From IMG/VR virus record IMGVR_UViG_2934069824_000002, positions 1-64,000 of that record: a stretch of 64,000 bases of DNA, one strand, 5' to 3'. Numbering within the stretch: the first letter of the stretch is position 1; every line of letters begins with the position of its first letter. Position numbers and translations under genes: made by a program. Of this stretch, positions 55,017-64,000 are shown one piece after another. Source of the DNA: a virus. Its lineage: Duplodnaviria; Caudoviricetes. The notes beneath the pieces are model-generated. The model worked only from the letters and a program-made list of their open reading frames with translations, ran no database searches and was not told where the DNA came from.

Positions 55017-55772
55017 TCAGCTGGAGCCGAGGAGGTCGTCCAGGCGCCCGTCATCCTGGGCCTTGACGATCTGTTCGGCGGTCATCTTCTTGAGGTCGCT
55101 CTCGGTGAGCTGCTTCGGTCGGCTCGCCTTGCGCGCTGCTCCGCCGTCGCCCGTGCCCTGGAACCTGCGTGCCGGTGCGGCTGCCAGGTAGGGCTTGTCC
55201 TTGACGAGCGTCTCGATCGCTTCGGCGATCTCGTCGCTGTCGATGTTGCCGTCGTCGTCGACCTCGAACTGTTCGAGGTCGAGGAACTTGTACGCGTCGC
55301 CCGGGTCGGCGAGGACGCCCTTTGCGGCCGCCTTCACCTCCGAGCGCACGATGCGTGCGTTCGCCTTGGACAGGGCGGCCTGTTCCACCTCGCGGCGGGC
55401 CTGGTCGGCCTCGTCCCCGGCGCTCTTGTCGGCGATCTGCTTCTCGAGCTGGCGGCGCTTGTCGCGCTCGGTGCGCCACTTCCCCTTCATGGACGCCAGC
55501 GCACGCTTGCCCTTGTCGCCGAGGTCGGCGGCCCCCTCGGGGTCCGCGTCCTCCTGGTCGTCGTCCTCCTGGCCGCCGCCGCCACCGCCACCGTCGCCGG
55601 TGGCGTCGTCGTCCTGGTCGTCGGCGCCCTGATCGGTGTCATCGTCGGCGCCCTCCTGGTCCTCGTCGCCGTCCGCGTAGAACACGGACGAGAAGGGGCC
55701 GGTCTCGTAGGGGTGGGACCAGCCGGGCTCCCCGTTGCGGCGGGCACGGCGGGGCAGGGTGCTGCGGTTCAT
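55017..55772 (-). CDS. Capsid scaffolding protein
   Basis: Homologue of 16225..16932. Confidence 0.85.
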   Translation of the reverse strand: MNRSTLPRRARRNGEPGWSHPYETGPFSSVFYADGDEDQEGADDDTDQGADDQDDDATGDGGGGGGGQEDDDQEDADPEGAADLGDKGKRALASMKGKWRTERDKRRQLEKQIADKSAGDEADQARREVEQAALSKANARIVRSEVKAAAKGVLADPGDAYKFLDLEQFEVDDDGNIDSDEIAEAIETLVKDKPYLAAAPARRFQGTGDGGAARKASRPKQLTESDLKKMTAEQIVKAQDDGRLDDLLGSS

Positions 55773-55829
55773 CAGGGCTCCCGTTGCGGGTGTGTGGCCC
55801 GGGCGTTGCGCGCGGGCGCGAGGGGGTGG

Positions 55830-56798
55830 TCAGACGATGTAGGCGTGGCGGCGCAGCAGCCGGACGGCGTGCTCGCGGTCGCCGTCCGCCATGCGGTAGA
55901 TCTCTTCGGGCATCAGCCGCGGCGACCTGGCGGTGGCGTACCGGGCCCCGGCGGTCCGCTCGAACTTCTTGGAGCGGCGCCCGGCGATGCCGCGGCGGGT
56001 TGTGCCCTCGGTCGTCGTCTGCACGGTGCGCCGGTAGTACGTCGCGGTGGTCATGCCCCGGCGGGCGTTGACGACCTGCTCGATGTCCGCGCCGTCGCCG
56101 ATCGCCTTCACCGCGGCCGCGCCGAACGCCTTGTGCCGCTGGGCGGCGGTCATCTGCGCGAACACCTGGCGGGCGCTCGTCGTTGGCGGGGTGAAGCTGC
56201 GGGTGACCGGAGCCATGGTGCAGTCGCACCGCGGGTGCCGCTGGAACCCGGTGCTCAGGGTGTACTCGCGGCTGGCGAGGACGATGCACCGCGCGCACGC
56301 GGGGAGCTCCACCACGCGGACGTAGGAGGTGATGGCAGGGCGGACGATCATCCCGATCAGGTCGGCGGCCCGCCCCGTGTCCGCGATGACCGTACGGACC
56401 AGGAGGTCGAGCAGGGCGGCGCCGCTCGCCCACGCGAACGCGACCGACGCGCCGCGGGCCAGGGCGCCGAGCGTCGCCCACAGCGGGTACATCAGCAGGC
56501 CCGCCAGCGGCCGGCCGTCCGGGGCGGTCCCGGCGAGGGCCTGCGGGACGAGCTGGTCGGACTCGGCCCGGTCCGGGTCGGTGCCGAGGAGCCGCTGCAG
56601 GTAGGGGTCGGTGGAGGCGGCAGCCGCGGACTGCGCCCCGGTGACGATGAGCAGGAGCTCGGGCAGCAGTTGCTGCCACGACCCCTTCATGTTGTCGCGG
56701 TCCAGCTGCCGCCAGAGCTTGCCCGCGGCCCGGGCGGTCGCCATCGCGAGCCGGGCCCGCTCCTCCTGGTGGAGGCGGACCGGGGCGGGCGCGCTCAC
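55830..56798 (-). CDS. Minor head/capsid maturation protein
   Basis: ACARCIVLA...FQRHPRCDC...RLMPEEI. Confidence 0.8.
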   Translation of the reverse strand: MSAPAPVRLHQEERARLAMATARAAGKLWRQLDRDNMKGSWQQLLPELLLIVTGAQSAAAASTDPYLQRLLGTDPDRAESDQLVPQALAGTAPDGRPLAGLLMYPLWATLGALARGASVAFAWASGAALLDLLVRTVIADTGRAADLIGMIVRPAITSYVRVVELPACARCIVLASREYTLSTGFQRHPRCDCTMAPVTRSFTPPTTSARQVFAQMTAAQRHKAFGAAAVKAIGDGADIEQVVNARRGMTTATYYRRTVQTTTEGTTRRGIAGRRSKKFERTAGARYATARSPRLMPEEIYRMADGDREHAVRLLRRHAYIV

Positions 56799-58306
56799 GC
56801 GAGGACCTCCTCCTGGTCCTCGGCGGCCGCCGCGCCCGGATCGCCGCCGGCGGGCGGGCGCCGCGCCATCATCTGTGTCACCGCGCCGACCGGGTCCATC
56901 TCCATCTCCTTCTCCCGCAGCGCCACGACGTCGGCGACCTCGGTCGGCGTCAGTCCGTAGCGCAGGGCCAGCCACTCGAAGGGGAACCCGATGTCCTTGA
57001 GCTTGAGCAGGGCGTCGGCCAACTGCGCGTGCGACCGGGACTCTGCATCGGCCCACAGGACCCGGCCCGCGCGCAGGGCCTTCGCCTTCTCGTCCTCGCC
57101 CCGGGCCAGGGCGATGAGCCGCGATCCCTCGCGCAGGCCTTGGCCGGACCACAGGTGCTTCTCCTGGACGCGCTTCACGAGACCGGTCTCGGCGGCCAGC
57201 AGCGCGCCTTCGGCGAGGTTCGCCATCTTCCCGATCAGGTAGTGCTGGGGGGTCCTCGTCTGGGCGGCGAGGTGGCCGACTGCCACCTCGATGACCTCGG
57301 TGTACATCGCCAGGTTCGCGGCCTGCCACTCGGCGATCCGGGCGTCCTTGCCGGTGATCCACGCGACCCGGTCGACCTGGAACTTGTCCAGGTCGACGGC
57401 CTGCGTCCCCACGATCTCGCCAACGCTGTTCAGCTTGGGGATGACCGGCCGCTCGGCGCCGAGGATGACCCGCTGCGGGAACGATGCGTAGTCCGAGGCG
57501 GTGAACAGCTGTGCCCACAGCAGGTTGATGGCGTCCTGCATCGCCGTCACCCCGGACACGTCGCTGATGGGTTCCTCCACCAGCATCGGCTTGTTCGGGA
57601 GCTCCACCATCGGCACAACGCCCATGGGGTTGGGCTGCGGGTTCGGCTCGTGCAACATCTCCCGCGGTTCCCACGTCTGCCGGCGGCGCTGCTCCCCGGG
57701 CGGCAGCCACAGGCTCATCGCCTCGTCCACGTTCGCCATCTGCGGGCTCTTGGAGTGCCGGGACAGCGGCCGGCTGAACTTCCACACCTCGTCTGGCAGA
57801 TAGAGGGTGGCGAACTCGGCGCTGCCGTCCTGCCAGGTCTTGAGTGCCGCCCGCCGGTTGCGGCGGGACCCGGGCTCGTACGCCACGATGCACTGGGTGG
57901 CGTCCTCGAACGTCACGACCGGCGTGTCCGAGTCGCTGGGATCCCCCCACACCAGCAGAAACGACCGGGCCCCGTTGATGGAACCGAGGAACCCCATCTG
58001 GCTGTCCGCGTCCAGCCCGTTGACCTGCCAGATGTTCCACAGTTCCTTGTCCGCGGACACCTCTCCTGATGCCTGGAACCCAGTGACCGTTAGCCGCTCC
58101 ATTGGACTGTCGGCCACGACCTGGACCCAGTTGTCGGAGAAATCCTTGTAACGGTCGCCATGGAACTTCGCGAACTCCGAGGAGGCGAAATTGAGGCGCT
58201 GCTTGCCCCGGTAGTAGTCGTTGTTCCGGTCGACCTCCGAGCGCCGGTTGATCAGCTCCGACGAGAGCAGTTCCACCAGCTCGAGGGCCTGTACGTACGT
58301 AGCCAT
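56795..58306 (-). CDS. Portal protein (SPP1 gp6-like)
   Basis: Homologue of 17919..19409. Confidence 0.93.
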   Translation of the reverse strand: MATYVQALELVELLSSELINRRSEVDRNNDYYRGKQRLNFASSEFAKFHGDRYKDFSDNWVQVVADSPMERLTVTGFQASGEVSADKELWNIWQVNGLDADSQMGFLGSINGARSFLLVWGDPSDSDTPVVTFEDATQCIVAYEPGSRRNRRAALKTWQDGSAEFATLYLPDEVWKFSRPLSRHSKSPQMANVDEAMSLWLPPGEQRRRQTWEPREMLHEPNPQPNPMGVVPMVELPNKPMLVEEPISDVSGVTAMQDAINLLWAQLFTASDYASFPQRVILGAERPVIPKLNSVGEIVGTQAVDLDKFQVDRVAWITGKDARIAEWQAANLAMYTEVIEVAVGHLAAQTRTPQHYLIGKMANLAEGALLAAETGLVKRVQEKHLWSGQGLREGSRLIALARGEDEKAKALRAGRVLWADAESRSHAQLADALLKLKDIGFPFEWLALRYGLTPTEVADVVALREKEMEMDPVGAVTQMMARRPPAGGDPGAAAAEDQEEVLA

Positions 58307-58316
58307 GCGGGCCCCC

Positions 58317-59954
58317 TTATGCGGAGTAGAAGTAGGACTGTTCCTTCACGGCCAGGCCTGCGGCGATGACGTCGCCGAGCGCTTCGTGCGCCAGGATCGA
58401 AGGGATCGTGGCGTCGATCTTCTGGGACGGACTGGCCTTGCGCAGGACGTACTTGTCGCTCGGCCGGGCGGCCATCCGGGTGTTCCCGATGTGCGTGTAG
58501 GTGATGGGGCATCCGTCGTGCGTGAACGCGGCCCCGTCGCTGTTGCGCTTGAGGACGTCGGTGCGCAGCCGCTCGGCGGCGGAGTACATCTGGATGATGC
58601 GGCGGGTGTGCCACCGGATCACCCGCTCCTCCCCGTAGAGATCCACCCACTCGTCGACCTCCGTGTCCCAGTACGGCGGGTCCGCGTAGAGGCGGACGAC
58701 GTCGTAGCGGCGCATCAGCTGGTCCATCGCCGCACGCACTTCGGCACGCGGGACCTGGCCGCCGTAGTCGGCCGGGTTCCAGATGGTCGGCTCGTCGTCG
58801 TCCCCGTACAGCGGGGTGAACTGGTAGCCGTCCATCGTCTCGGCCCTGATCGCCGTCCAGTCGTCAGAGTCGGATCCGTCGAACCCGAGGACGATCCGGG
58901 TGTGCGGGCGGACCCGGCGCGATGTGGCCTTGGCGGCCCACTTCGCGAGGTCCAGCCACGACGCGGTACCGGCGACGCACCGGTTGCCGAAGAAACGTTC
59001 GGCCTGCGCCGGGTCCTTCTCCATGATCTCGGCGGTCTCGGCCTCGATCGCGTCCAGGTCGACGTGCGTCGATCCGGCGTAGACGATCGTATGGATCTTC
59101 CGGCGCTGCCGCTTGTCGCCGTACGACAGGGACCGGGGCGCTTCCGGGTGGTACCGGAAGATGTCCTTGCGCTTCGTCTCCGACGTCCGCTGCGCGACCG
59201 AGTCCTCCGAGGGGTCCCACGCGTTCGTCGTCTCCATGACCCGGCCGCCCATGCCGGCTGCGCCACGGCGCTGCGTCTCGGCGACCTTCCGCAGCTTGTT
59301 CGCGTCGGTGTACAGCCCGGTCTCGTCCTGCAGCGCGGCCGTGATCGGGTTGCCGAGGCGGGACAGCGCGGACGACGTGACCGTCTCCACCTTGCCCTCG
59401 TCGCGTACGCGCGTGAACTCCTCCCCGACGCGCATGAAGTCGGACAGCCACCCTTGCTTCACCATCGACTGGAACGGGCTGTAGACGTTGGTGACCTGGT
59501 CCTCCGACGTCGCGACCAGCTGAATCAGCGGCGTCGCCCACGGGCGGCCCATCGGCTCGCCCACCTCGTACCGGTACCACCATCCGCACCGGCACCCGTG
59601 ATCCGCGCACCGGTAGCGCTCCCCACCGTTGGCCCACCCGGCGAACACGACCGGCCCGCCGGCCTCGGCGCACGTGATCGTCGCCGACCACGGGCCCTTG
59701 CCGGTCTTCTGCGGGGCGACGATCTGCGACCGGCGGTAGAAGAACGCGGGCGCGAGCTGGCCCATGCGGGCGGTGGGCTTGATCCGGTAGTGGTTGACGG
59801 TGCACCACAGCTGCCAGGGGTACAGCTCCAGGTCCTCGCCGCGGCGGAACCCGTCGGGGACCGGGCAGTGCGCCTCGATCCAGTCCGGCACGATCCACAG
59901 GGTGGGGAAGTCGACGACGAACTCGGCGGCAGCGGCGCTACGCCCCGGGGCCAC
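58317..59954 (-). CDS. Terminase large subunit
   Basis: PQKTGKGP, QDETGL, LGFDGSDSDDWT. Confidence 0.93.
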   Translation of the reverse strand: MAPGRSAAAAEFVVDFPTLWIVPDWIEAHCPVPDGFRRGEDLELYPWQLWCTVNHYRIKPTARMGQLAPAFFYRRSQIVAPQKTGKGPWSATITCAEAGGPVVFAGWANGGERYRCADHGCRCGWWYRYEVGEPMGRPWATPLIQLVATSEDQVTNVYSPFQSMVKQGWLSDFMRVGEEFTRVRDEGKVETVTSSALSRLGNPITAALQDETGLYTDANKLRKVAETQRRGAAGMGGRVMETTNAWDPSEDSVAQRTSETKRKDIFRYHPEAPRSLSYGDKRQRRKIHTIVYAGSTHVDLDAIEAETAEIMEKDPAQAERFFGNRCVAGTASWLDLAKWAAKATSRRVRPHTRIVLGFDGSDSDDWTAIRAETMDGYQFTPLYGDDDEPTIWNPADYGGQVPRAEVRAAMDQLMRRYDVVRLYADPPYWDTEVDEWVDLYGEERVIRWHTRRIIQMYSAAERLRTDVLKRNSDGAAFTHDGCPITYTHIGNTRMAARPSDKYVLRKASPSQKIDATIPSILAHEALGDVIAAGLAVKEQSYFYSA

Positions 59955-60423
59955 GGAACGGCACGACCTTCATCCGGTCCCGGGCGGAGCGCCGCACGGG
60001 CGGGTCGAGGGCCTCGTCGTCGTCCTCGTCCGCATCGGCGTCGACTGCGGTGACGATCTTCCACCGGTTGCGGAGCATGCCCTGCACGGTCAGCCCGAGG
60101 CTCTCCATGTACTGACGGGCGAGCTTGCGGGCCTCCACCTTCGAGTCGGGCTGCTCGGTCTCGGCGAGGGTGCGCACGAAGAGAGCGACCTCGAGGACCT
60201 GGCCGAGCTGCTCCCACATCACGGCCTGCGGTCGGCTCCAGAGCTCGTCCCACAGCTCCCGCTCGCGGTGAGTCTGCTCGGTCAGCGGCCACCAAGGCGG
60301 CCTGCCCGGACGCCCCTCGGCGGGCAGCATCGTCCAACTTGACTGGTCGGACGGCCGGTTGCGCCGGAGCGCGTTCGGGTCCGGCGCCGGTCCGGATACT
60401 GCGCGAGCTCCTCCACGAGGCAC
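59938..60423 (-). CDS. Terminase small subunit
   Basis: VPRGGARAVSGPAPDP...LWSRPQAVMWE; AGGAG RBS. Confidence 0.85.
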   Translation of the reverse strand: MPRGGARAVSGPAPDPNALRRNRPSDQSSWTMLPAEGRPGRPPWWPLTEQTHRERELWDELWSRPQAVMWEQLGQVLEVALFVRTLAETEQPDSKVEARKLARQYMESLGLTVQGMLRNRWKIVTAVDADADEDDDEALDPPVRRSARDRMKVVPFRGPGA

Positions 60424-60466
60424 GGCGATCACTCCTCCTGCTGCGGTGCGCAGCACTCGGCGACCA

Positions 60467-60566
60467 TCACATTGCGTGACGATCTTGGACCCTTTGAACC
60501 TGACTGGCCTTCCGGAGCCCTCCCCGGCGTTCCGGCCCCCCTACCCCGAAGGGGTCACCCCCCTGG
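60467..60566. other. Probable cos/packaging region
   Basis: Same conserved blocks as 21560-21662. Confidence 0.55.
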
Positions 60567-60646
60567 GGCCGGCCACCCAAAGTGATCTCAGAAAGATCTG
60601 ATTTGAAATCGAATCCAAATGAAAACAATTTCCATTTGATTCGAGA

Positions 60647-60976
60647 TCATTTCGGATCGTCCAGCAAGCTTTCGGGAGGCGTCCAGCCCATCGCGATCAG
60701 AGCCTTCACTGTCTCGTCGGGCAGAAGGATCTCTGTGTCCTTCGAGTTGAGCCTCGTCACGTCGTGGATAGCGAGTTCCAGCTCGAGGGATGGCATCTCG
60801 TGCATGGATGCCCTGTACGTGAAGCCCCGCACTCCCCTGATCGGCGTGCCGCCTACCGAGACGCGGCCCGTCGGACCGTTCACCTCGATGTCCACGTTGT
60901 GACGTCGCACCTTGCCCACGCCAGGCAGCAGGGGGACGTCGTGGCGCCCTTCGTAGTAGTCGTCATGGACCGGCAT
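60647..60976 (-). CDS. Hypothetical protein between HNH and cos region
   Basis: 109-aa ORF following HNH; ends LIAMGWTPP; absent in prophage 1. Confidence 0.65.
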   Translation of the reverse strand: MPVHDDYYEGRHDVPLLPGVGKVRRHNVDIEVNGPTGRVSVGGTPIRGVRGFTYRASMHEMPSLELELAIHDVTRLNSKDTEILLPDETVKALIAMGWTPPESLLDDPK

Positions 60977-60979
60977 GCG

Positions 60980-61354
60980 CTACCTCTCTCTGTCGTTCCA
61001 TCCGCCGGGCTGTTCGCGCGCGGTATGGCGTGAGTGGTGGGCCTTGGTCATGGCCTGCAGGTTTGTCCAGTCATGCCCACGTGGTCCGTTGGGTCCCAGG
61101 CCGTCGATGTGGTTGACCTCCGTGGCGACCGGGCGCAGAAGGGCCGGCAGGAGCAAGCAGCCGTCGCAGGCGCAGTACGGGTTCGCACGCAGGTAGGCCT
61201 CGCGTGTGCGTTCCCATCGGCTGTCGTAGCCCTTCGCCCTGGCACTGCCCCGCATGCTGCTCGCCGAGGCCTGGCAGGAGGCGCAGCGGCCTTGCGCGGT
61301 GAGGGTGGGGCATCCGGGCGTCGGGCAGACCTGCAGCGCCCTACGCTGCGCCAC
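60980..61354 (-). CDS. HNH endonuclease (packaging-associated)
   Basis: CPTPGC, KGYDSRW, ATEVNHIDG...NLQAMTKAHHSRHT. Confidence 0.9.
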   Translation of the reverse strand: MAQRRALQVCPTPGCPTLTAQGRCASCQASASSMRGSARAKGYDSRWERTREAYLRANPYCACDGCLLLPALLRPVATEVNHIDGLGPNGPRGHDWTNLQAMTKAHHSRHTAREQPGGWNDRER

Positions 61355-61619
61355 GGGCCCGGGCGGGGTACGGGCGCTGTGGAGTGCTGCGGTCCTCGTA
61401 CGCCATCTGGATCCTGCCAAAGGCCTGCACGATGGTTCCCTGGAGCCGCTTGGTGTTGGCCAAGCAGGGGTCGCTGTGTTCTCTGCCCTGCGACATGAGG
61501 CCCGGGTCGCAGCAGGGCATGCCGAGGATGTGCCGCTGAGGGAAGCGCCCGTAGAGGTAGGTGCCGCGATTGCGGTGGAGGTGGCGTACGGCGCGGTCGC
61601 GGTTCGGGTAGACGGCCAC
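61341..61619 (-). CDS. Hypothetical protein (92 aa)
   Basis: AGGAGG RBS, GTG start; overlaps the HNH start. Confidence 0.5.
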   Translation of the reverse strand: MAVYPNRDRAVRHLHRNRGTYLYGRFPQRHILGMPCCDPGLMSQGREHSDPCLANTKRLQGTIVQAFGRIQMAYEDRSTPQRPYPARARGAA

Positions 61620-61744
61620 GGGGCCCTCCTGATGTGGATTGTGGTGTGACCGCAGGGCCGCCGGGAGTCTCAACGCCCCGCGATGGTCTGCCGACTGGTC
61701 GCCCACCAGGCGCTGCGCCAGAGCAGCCGGCGGCCCTGCGGGGT

Positions 61745-61984
61745 CTAGGTACTGACGTGGCGCAGCGCGCGGGCACGGGTCTTGAGTTCGGCGCGGGCGA
61801 CGTCGGCGAGGCGGTAGGTGCGTGACCGGTTGTCGGCGGCGAGGCCGGTCGCGGTGAGGTGCCCGCGGTGGACCCAGGAGCGAATGGTGGCGGGAGTGAT
61901 GTGGGCTGCTCCGGCGCTGAGCGCCTGGCGGGCGCGGTTGGCGTGCGCGGCGGCCTGGGCGGCGGTGAGGTGCTCGATGTCCAC
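61745..61984 (-). CDS. MerR-like HTH protein
   Basis: ITPATIRSWVHRGHL...YRLADVARAE. Confidence 0.8.
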   Translation of the reverse strand: MDIEHLTAAQAAAHANRARQALSAGAAHITPATIRSWVHRGHLTATGLAADNRSRTYRLADVARAELKTRARALRHVST

Positions 61985-62011
61985 GGCGCATCCCTTCGTC
62001 CGGGCGTACGA

Positions 62012-62039
62012 AAGCCCCTGACGGCGTCGGTCAGGGGCT
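62012..62039 (-). terminator. Hairpin terminator
   Basis: AGCCCCTGAC...GTCAGGGGCT followed by TT on minus. Confidence 0.55.
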
Positions 62040-62199
62040 GGTGGCACACGTGTGGTGGTGGCAACAGTGTTGCGCTAGGCGTGGATCTTGTCCAGCGGCG
62101 TTGTTGCGGCGGGGTGTTGAGGGTGGGATTCCGGGAGTAGGTGGGGCGAGTGTTGCGCTGTCGGTACGATCCGCTCACAACGTGGGAGGGGATGGGGAA

Positions 62200-62736
62200 A
62201 TGGCGTCATTCAACGTACGTCCGGACATCGACGCGGCAGCAGAGAGACTGGGTTCGACGTTCGGCTCGAAGCGGGAGATCCAGCGGCTGCCCGAGGTTCT
62301 GTGGGAGGGCGAGGCGGTGGAGATGCTCGCCACGGGCATCTACGGGAAGGGCAACGGGCTGTTGGCGATGACCAGCATGCGGCTGATCTTCCTGAAGCAC
62401 GGGGTGATGAGCCAGCAGGTGGAGGACTTCCCGTACAGCAAGATCTCCTCGGTGCAGTGGTCGGGCGGGATGATGTTCGGCTCGCTGATCGTGTTCACGT
62501 CGGGCAACAAGGCCGAGATCAAGCAGATCCCGAAGGCGGACGGGAAGGCGCTCGCCGACCGGCTGCGGTCGTACATCGCCGCCGGGGCCGTGCCCGCGGC
62601 GGCGCCGGTGCCGGCGGCCGGGGCGCAGCAGGATGTCGGGAGTCGGCTGGCGACGCTGGACCAACTGCGCGCGGCCGGCGCGATCACGGACGTTGAGTAC
62701 CAGGACCGTCGTACGCAGATCCTCAACAGCATCTGA
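62200..62736 (+). CDS. Bacterial PH-domain plus SHOCT-domain protein (moron, opposite strand)
   Basis: GLLAMTSMRLIF...FPYSKISSV PH pattern; LATLDQLRAAGAITDVEY SHOCT; TACGAT -10 at 62165; hairpin at 62754-62782. Confidence 0.85.
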   Translation: MASFNVRPDIDAAAERLGSTFGSKREIQRLPEVLWEGEAVEMLATGIYGKGNGLLAMTSMRLIFLKHGVMSQQVEDFPYSKISSVQWSGGMMFGSLIVFTSGNKAEIKQIPKADGKALADRLRSYIAAGAVPAAAPVPAAGAQQDVGSRLATLDQLRAAGAITDVEYQDRRTQILNSI

Positions 62737-62844
62737 ACGCTGGGCATGGCGAAGCCCCCGCCGGTACGGGTCGGCGGGGGCGTCTGGCCGGGAGCTACCC
62801 GGCGTGCAGGGGGCAGGCTACTGCGGGGTTGTGGCGGCGGGCGG

Positions 62845-63018
62845 TCAGTCGTCCCAGGACATCTCGGGGACGGCCGGGAGCCCGGCTGCCTCTCGGCGGG
62901 CCATCTCGCTGCGCACCGAGTCGGCAGCCTCAGCGCTGAGGCCGGGGGCGGCCCGGCCGAGGAGCGTGTCGACGTGGGCGTCCGGCTCGTGGTCGTCGCT
63001 GGTGTAGGGCTGGGTCAT
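62845..63018 (-). CDS. 57-aa acidic hypothetical protein
   Basis: GAGGA RBS; MTQPYTSDDHEPDAH...EMSWDD. Confidence 0.5.
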   Translation of the reverse strand: MTQPYTSDDHEPDAHVDTLLGRAAPGLSAEAADSVRSEMARREAAGLPAVPEMSWDD

Positions 63019-63135
63019 GGTGGGTCCTCTCGGAGCTGGTGTCGGTCGGCATACCCGCGCTCGAACCAGTGAAGTACGGGCGGCCGGGGGCGCGTTGGCG
63101 CGTGTGGAATTTCGTGACGGGTGTGACTGGTGTGG

Positions 63136-63234
63136 TCAGTGGGTGTGGGCGGGGTAGTTGCCGCCGCAGCGGGCGCAGTACGGCAGGGGCTGCTGGGTGA
63201 AGCGGGCGGCGGCAAGGTGGGCGAGAAGTGCCAT
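63136..63234 (-). CDS. 32-aa CxxC/His peptide MALLAHLAAARFTQQPLPYCARCGGNYPAHTH
   Basis: Paralogue of 23243..23341 with the same leader. Confidence 0.65.
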   Translation of the reverse strand: MALLAHLAAARFTQQPLPYCARCGGNYPAHTH

Positions 63235-63309
63235 GATCGTGGTCCTGTCTCGTGAGGGATGGGGCCCGCGGGCGGCCGGTCGCCTGGCAGTGAGTCGGCC
63301 GCCCCGGGG

Positions 63310-63507
63310 TCACTCGTTGGCGGCGGCGCCCGCCTTGCTGATCACGCGGGCCATGCCCTCGAACGCGTCGAGCGTGCGGCTGTCGAACTGCCCGTTCTGG
63401 GCGCGGCTGGTCTCGCCGGCCTGACGGTAGAGGTGCATGGCCTCGCGGTACTGCCCCTGCTCCTCGGCCTGTTCGGCCTTGGCCATGCGGTCGTCGATGT
63501 CGGTCAT
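63310..63507 (-). CDS. Small TPR-like helical protein
   Basis: GGAGG RBS; AEQAEEQGQYREAMHLYRQA. Confidence 0.65.
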   Translation of the reverse strand: MTDIDDRMAKAEQAEEQGQYREAMHLYRQAGETSRAQNGQFDSRTLDAFEGMARVISKAGAAANE

Positions 63508-63525
63508 GGGGTCCTCCGGGTGGTG

Positions 63526-63602
63526 GGTAGACCGGCGGCAGATGGGCCGGTAGATCGGGGTAGCTGCGGTGGTAGACCCGCAGGTAGACGGGGGTGGTAG
63601 AC
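63526..63602. repeat. Phased GGTAGA(C) repeat array (clt-like)
   Basis: GGTAGAC at 63526, 63571, 63583 and 63596; variants GGCAGAT 63537, GGTAGAT 63549, GGTAGC 63559. Confidence 0.7.
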
Positions 63603-63604
63603 CG

Positions 63605-64000
63605 TCACGCGGCCTGCTGCTGGCCCTCGGCCGGGGAGGGCTGTGGGAGGTCGTCCCGGTGCACCCCAGACGCCACCTTCCGGGCGACCTTCACGGACTT
63701 CCGTACGGGCACCTGGAGGATGGTGAGCCGGGCCCGGAGATCGGGCACCTCCCAGCCCTCGGCCTGCCCGTGCTTCTGGAGGTGGTCGAGGAGGGTGGAG
63801 AGGTGGACGCCGGGGCGGTCGCCGATGAGGGTTCGGATGAGGTCGAGGAGCTGCTCGCGCTGGGCGGCGGTGTCCCCGGCCGTCGGCGGCTGCTCTTCAG
63901 CGGGCGGGGCGTCGGCCTTGGGGATGGCGCGGATCGCGGCCCAGCACCACACGGGCACGGCGAGCCAGAGCACGGAGGGCCAGCGGCGGATCAGGAGCCA
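63605..64000 (-). CDS. Membrane-anchored protein with TraB-C-terminus-like domain (5' end outside window)
   Basis: Hydrophobic segment, then LIGDRPGVHLSTLL...WEVPDLRARL...SGVHRDDLP; homologue of 23791..24573. Confidence 0.6.
   Translation of the reverse strand, partial: WLLIRRWPSVLWLAVPVWCWAAIRAIPKADAPPAEEQPPTAGDTAAQREQLLDLIRTLIGDRPGVHLSTLLDHLQKHGQAEGWEVPDLRARLTILQVPVRKSVKVARKVASGVHRDDLPQPSPAEGQQQAA

Larger units (their letters stand above)
36604..64000 (-). mobile_element. Prophage 2 (related siphophage); continues beyond the right edge
   Basis: Second full set of lysis, tail, head and packaging genes, diverged from prophage 1. Confidence 0.92.

Noticed and set aside
61640-61745. Canonical tRNA gene
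   Set aside because: Could not fold a proper cloverleaf with D-arm and 7-nt anticodon loop; kept only as a structured-RNA candidate

Overview
High-GC actinobacterial DNA (Streptomyces-like codon usage and gene families), filled almost entirely by two related but distinct temperate siphophage prophages in tandem, both mostly on the minus strand. Prophage 1 (<=1 to ~36365) shows lysis, tail, head, packaging, early/accessory, replication, repressor and large serine integrase modules. Prophage 2 (~36604 to >64000) shows accessory, lysis, tail, head and packaging modules and the start of its early region. Between them is only a ~240-bp internal piece of a host tadA/cpaF ATPase gene, cut at Walker A on the left and just after Walker B on the right, suggesting two independent integrations into one gene. 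The most interesting accessory signals are: (1) a plasmid-spread-like operon with an SpdA/DUF2637-like protein and a membrane-anchored protein resembling the TraB C-terminal DNA-binding domain without an ATPase, followed in each phage by its own short-repeat array (clt-like); (2) a prophage-borne PIMT methyltransferase with a coupled 44-aa Asp-Gly precursor (imiditide-like RiPP); (3) an Acb2/Tad1-like small protein inside a lysis cassette; (4) paired GCA(A/C)N pentaloop hairpins before late genes in both phages. All product calls come from motif recognition and synteny by eye; no database search was run.
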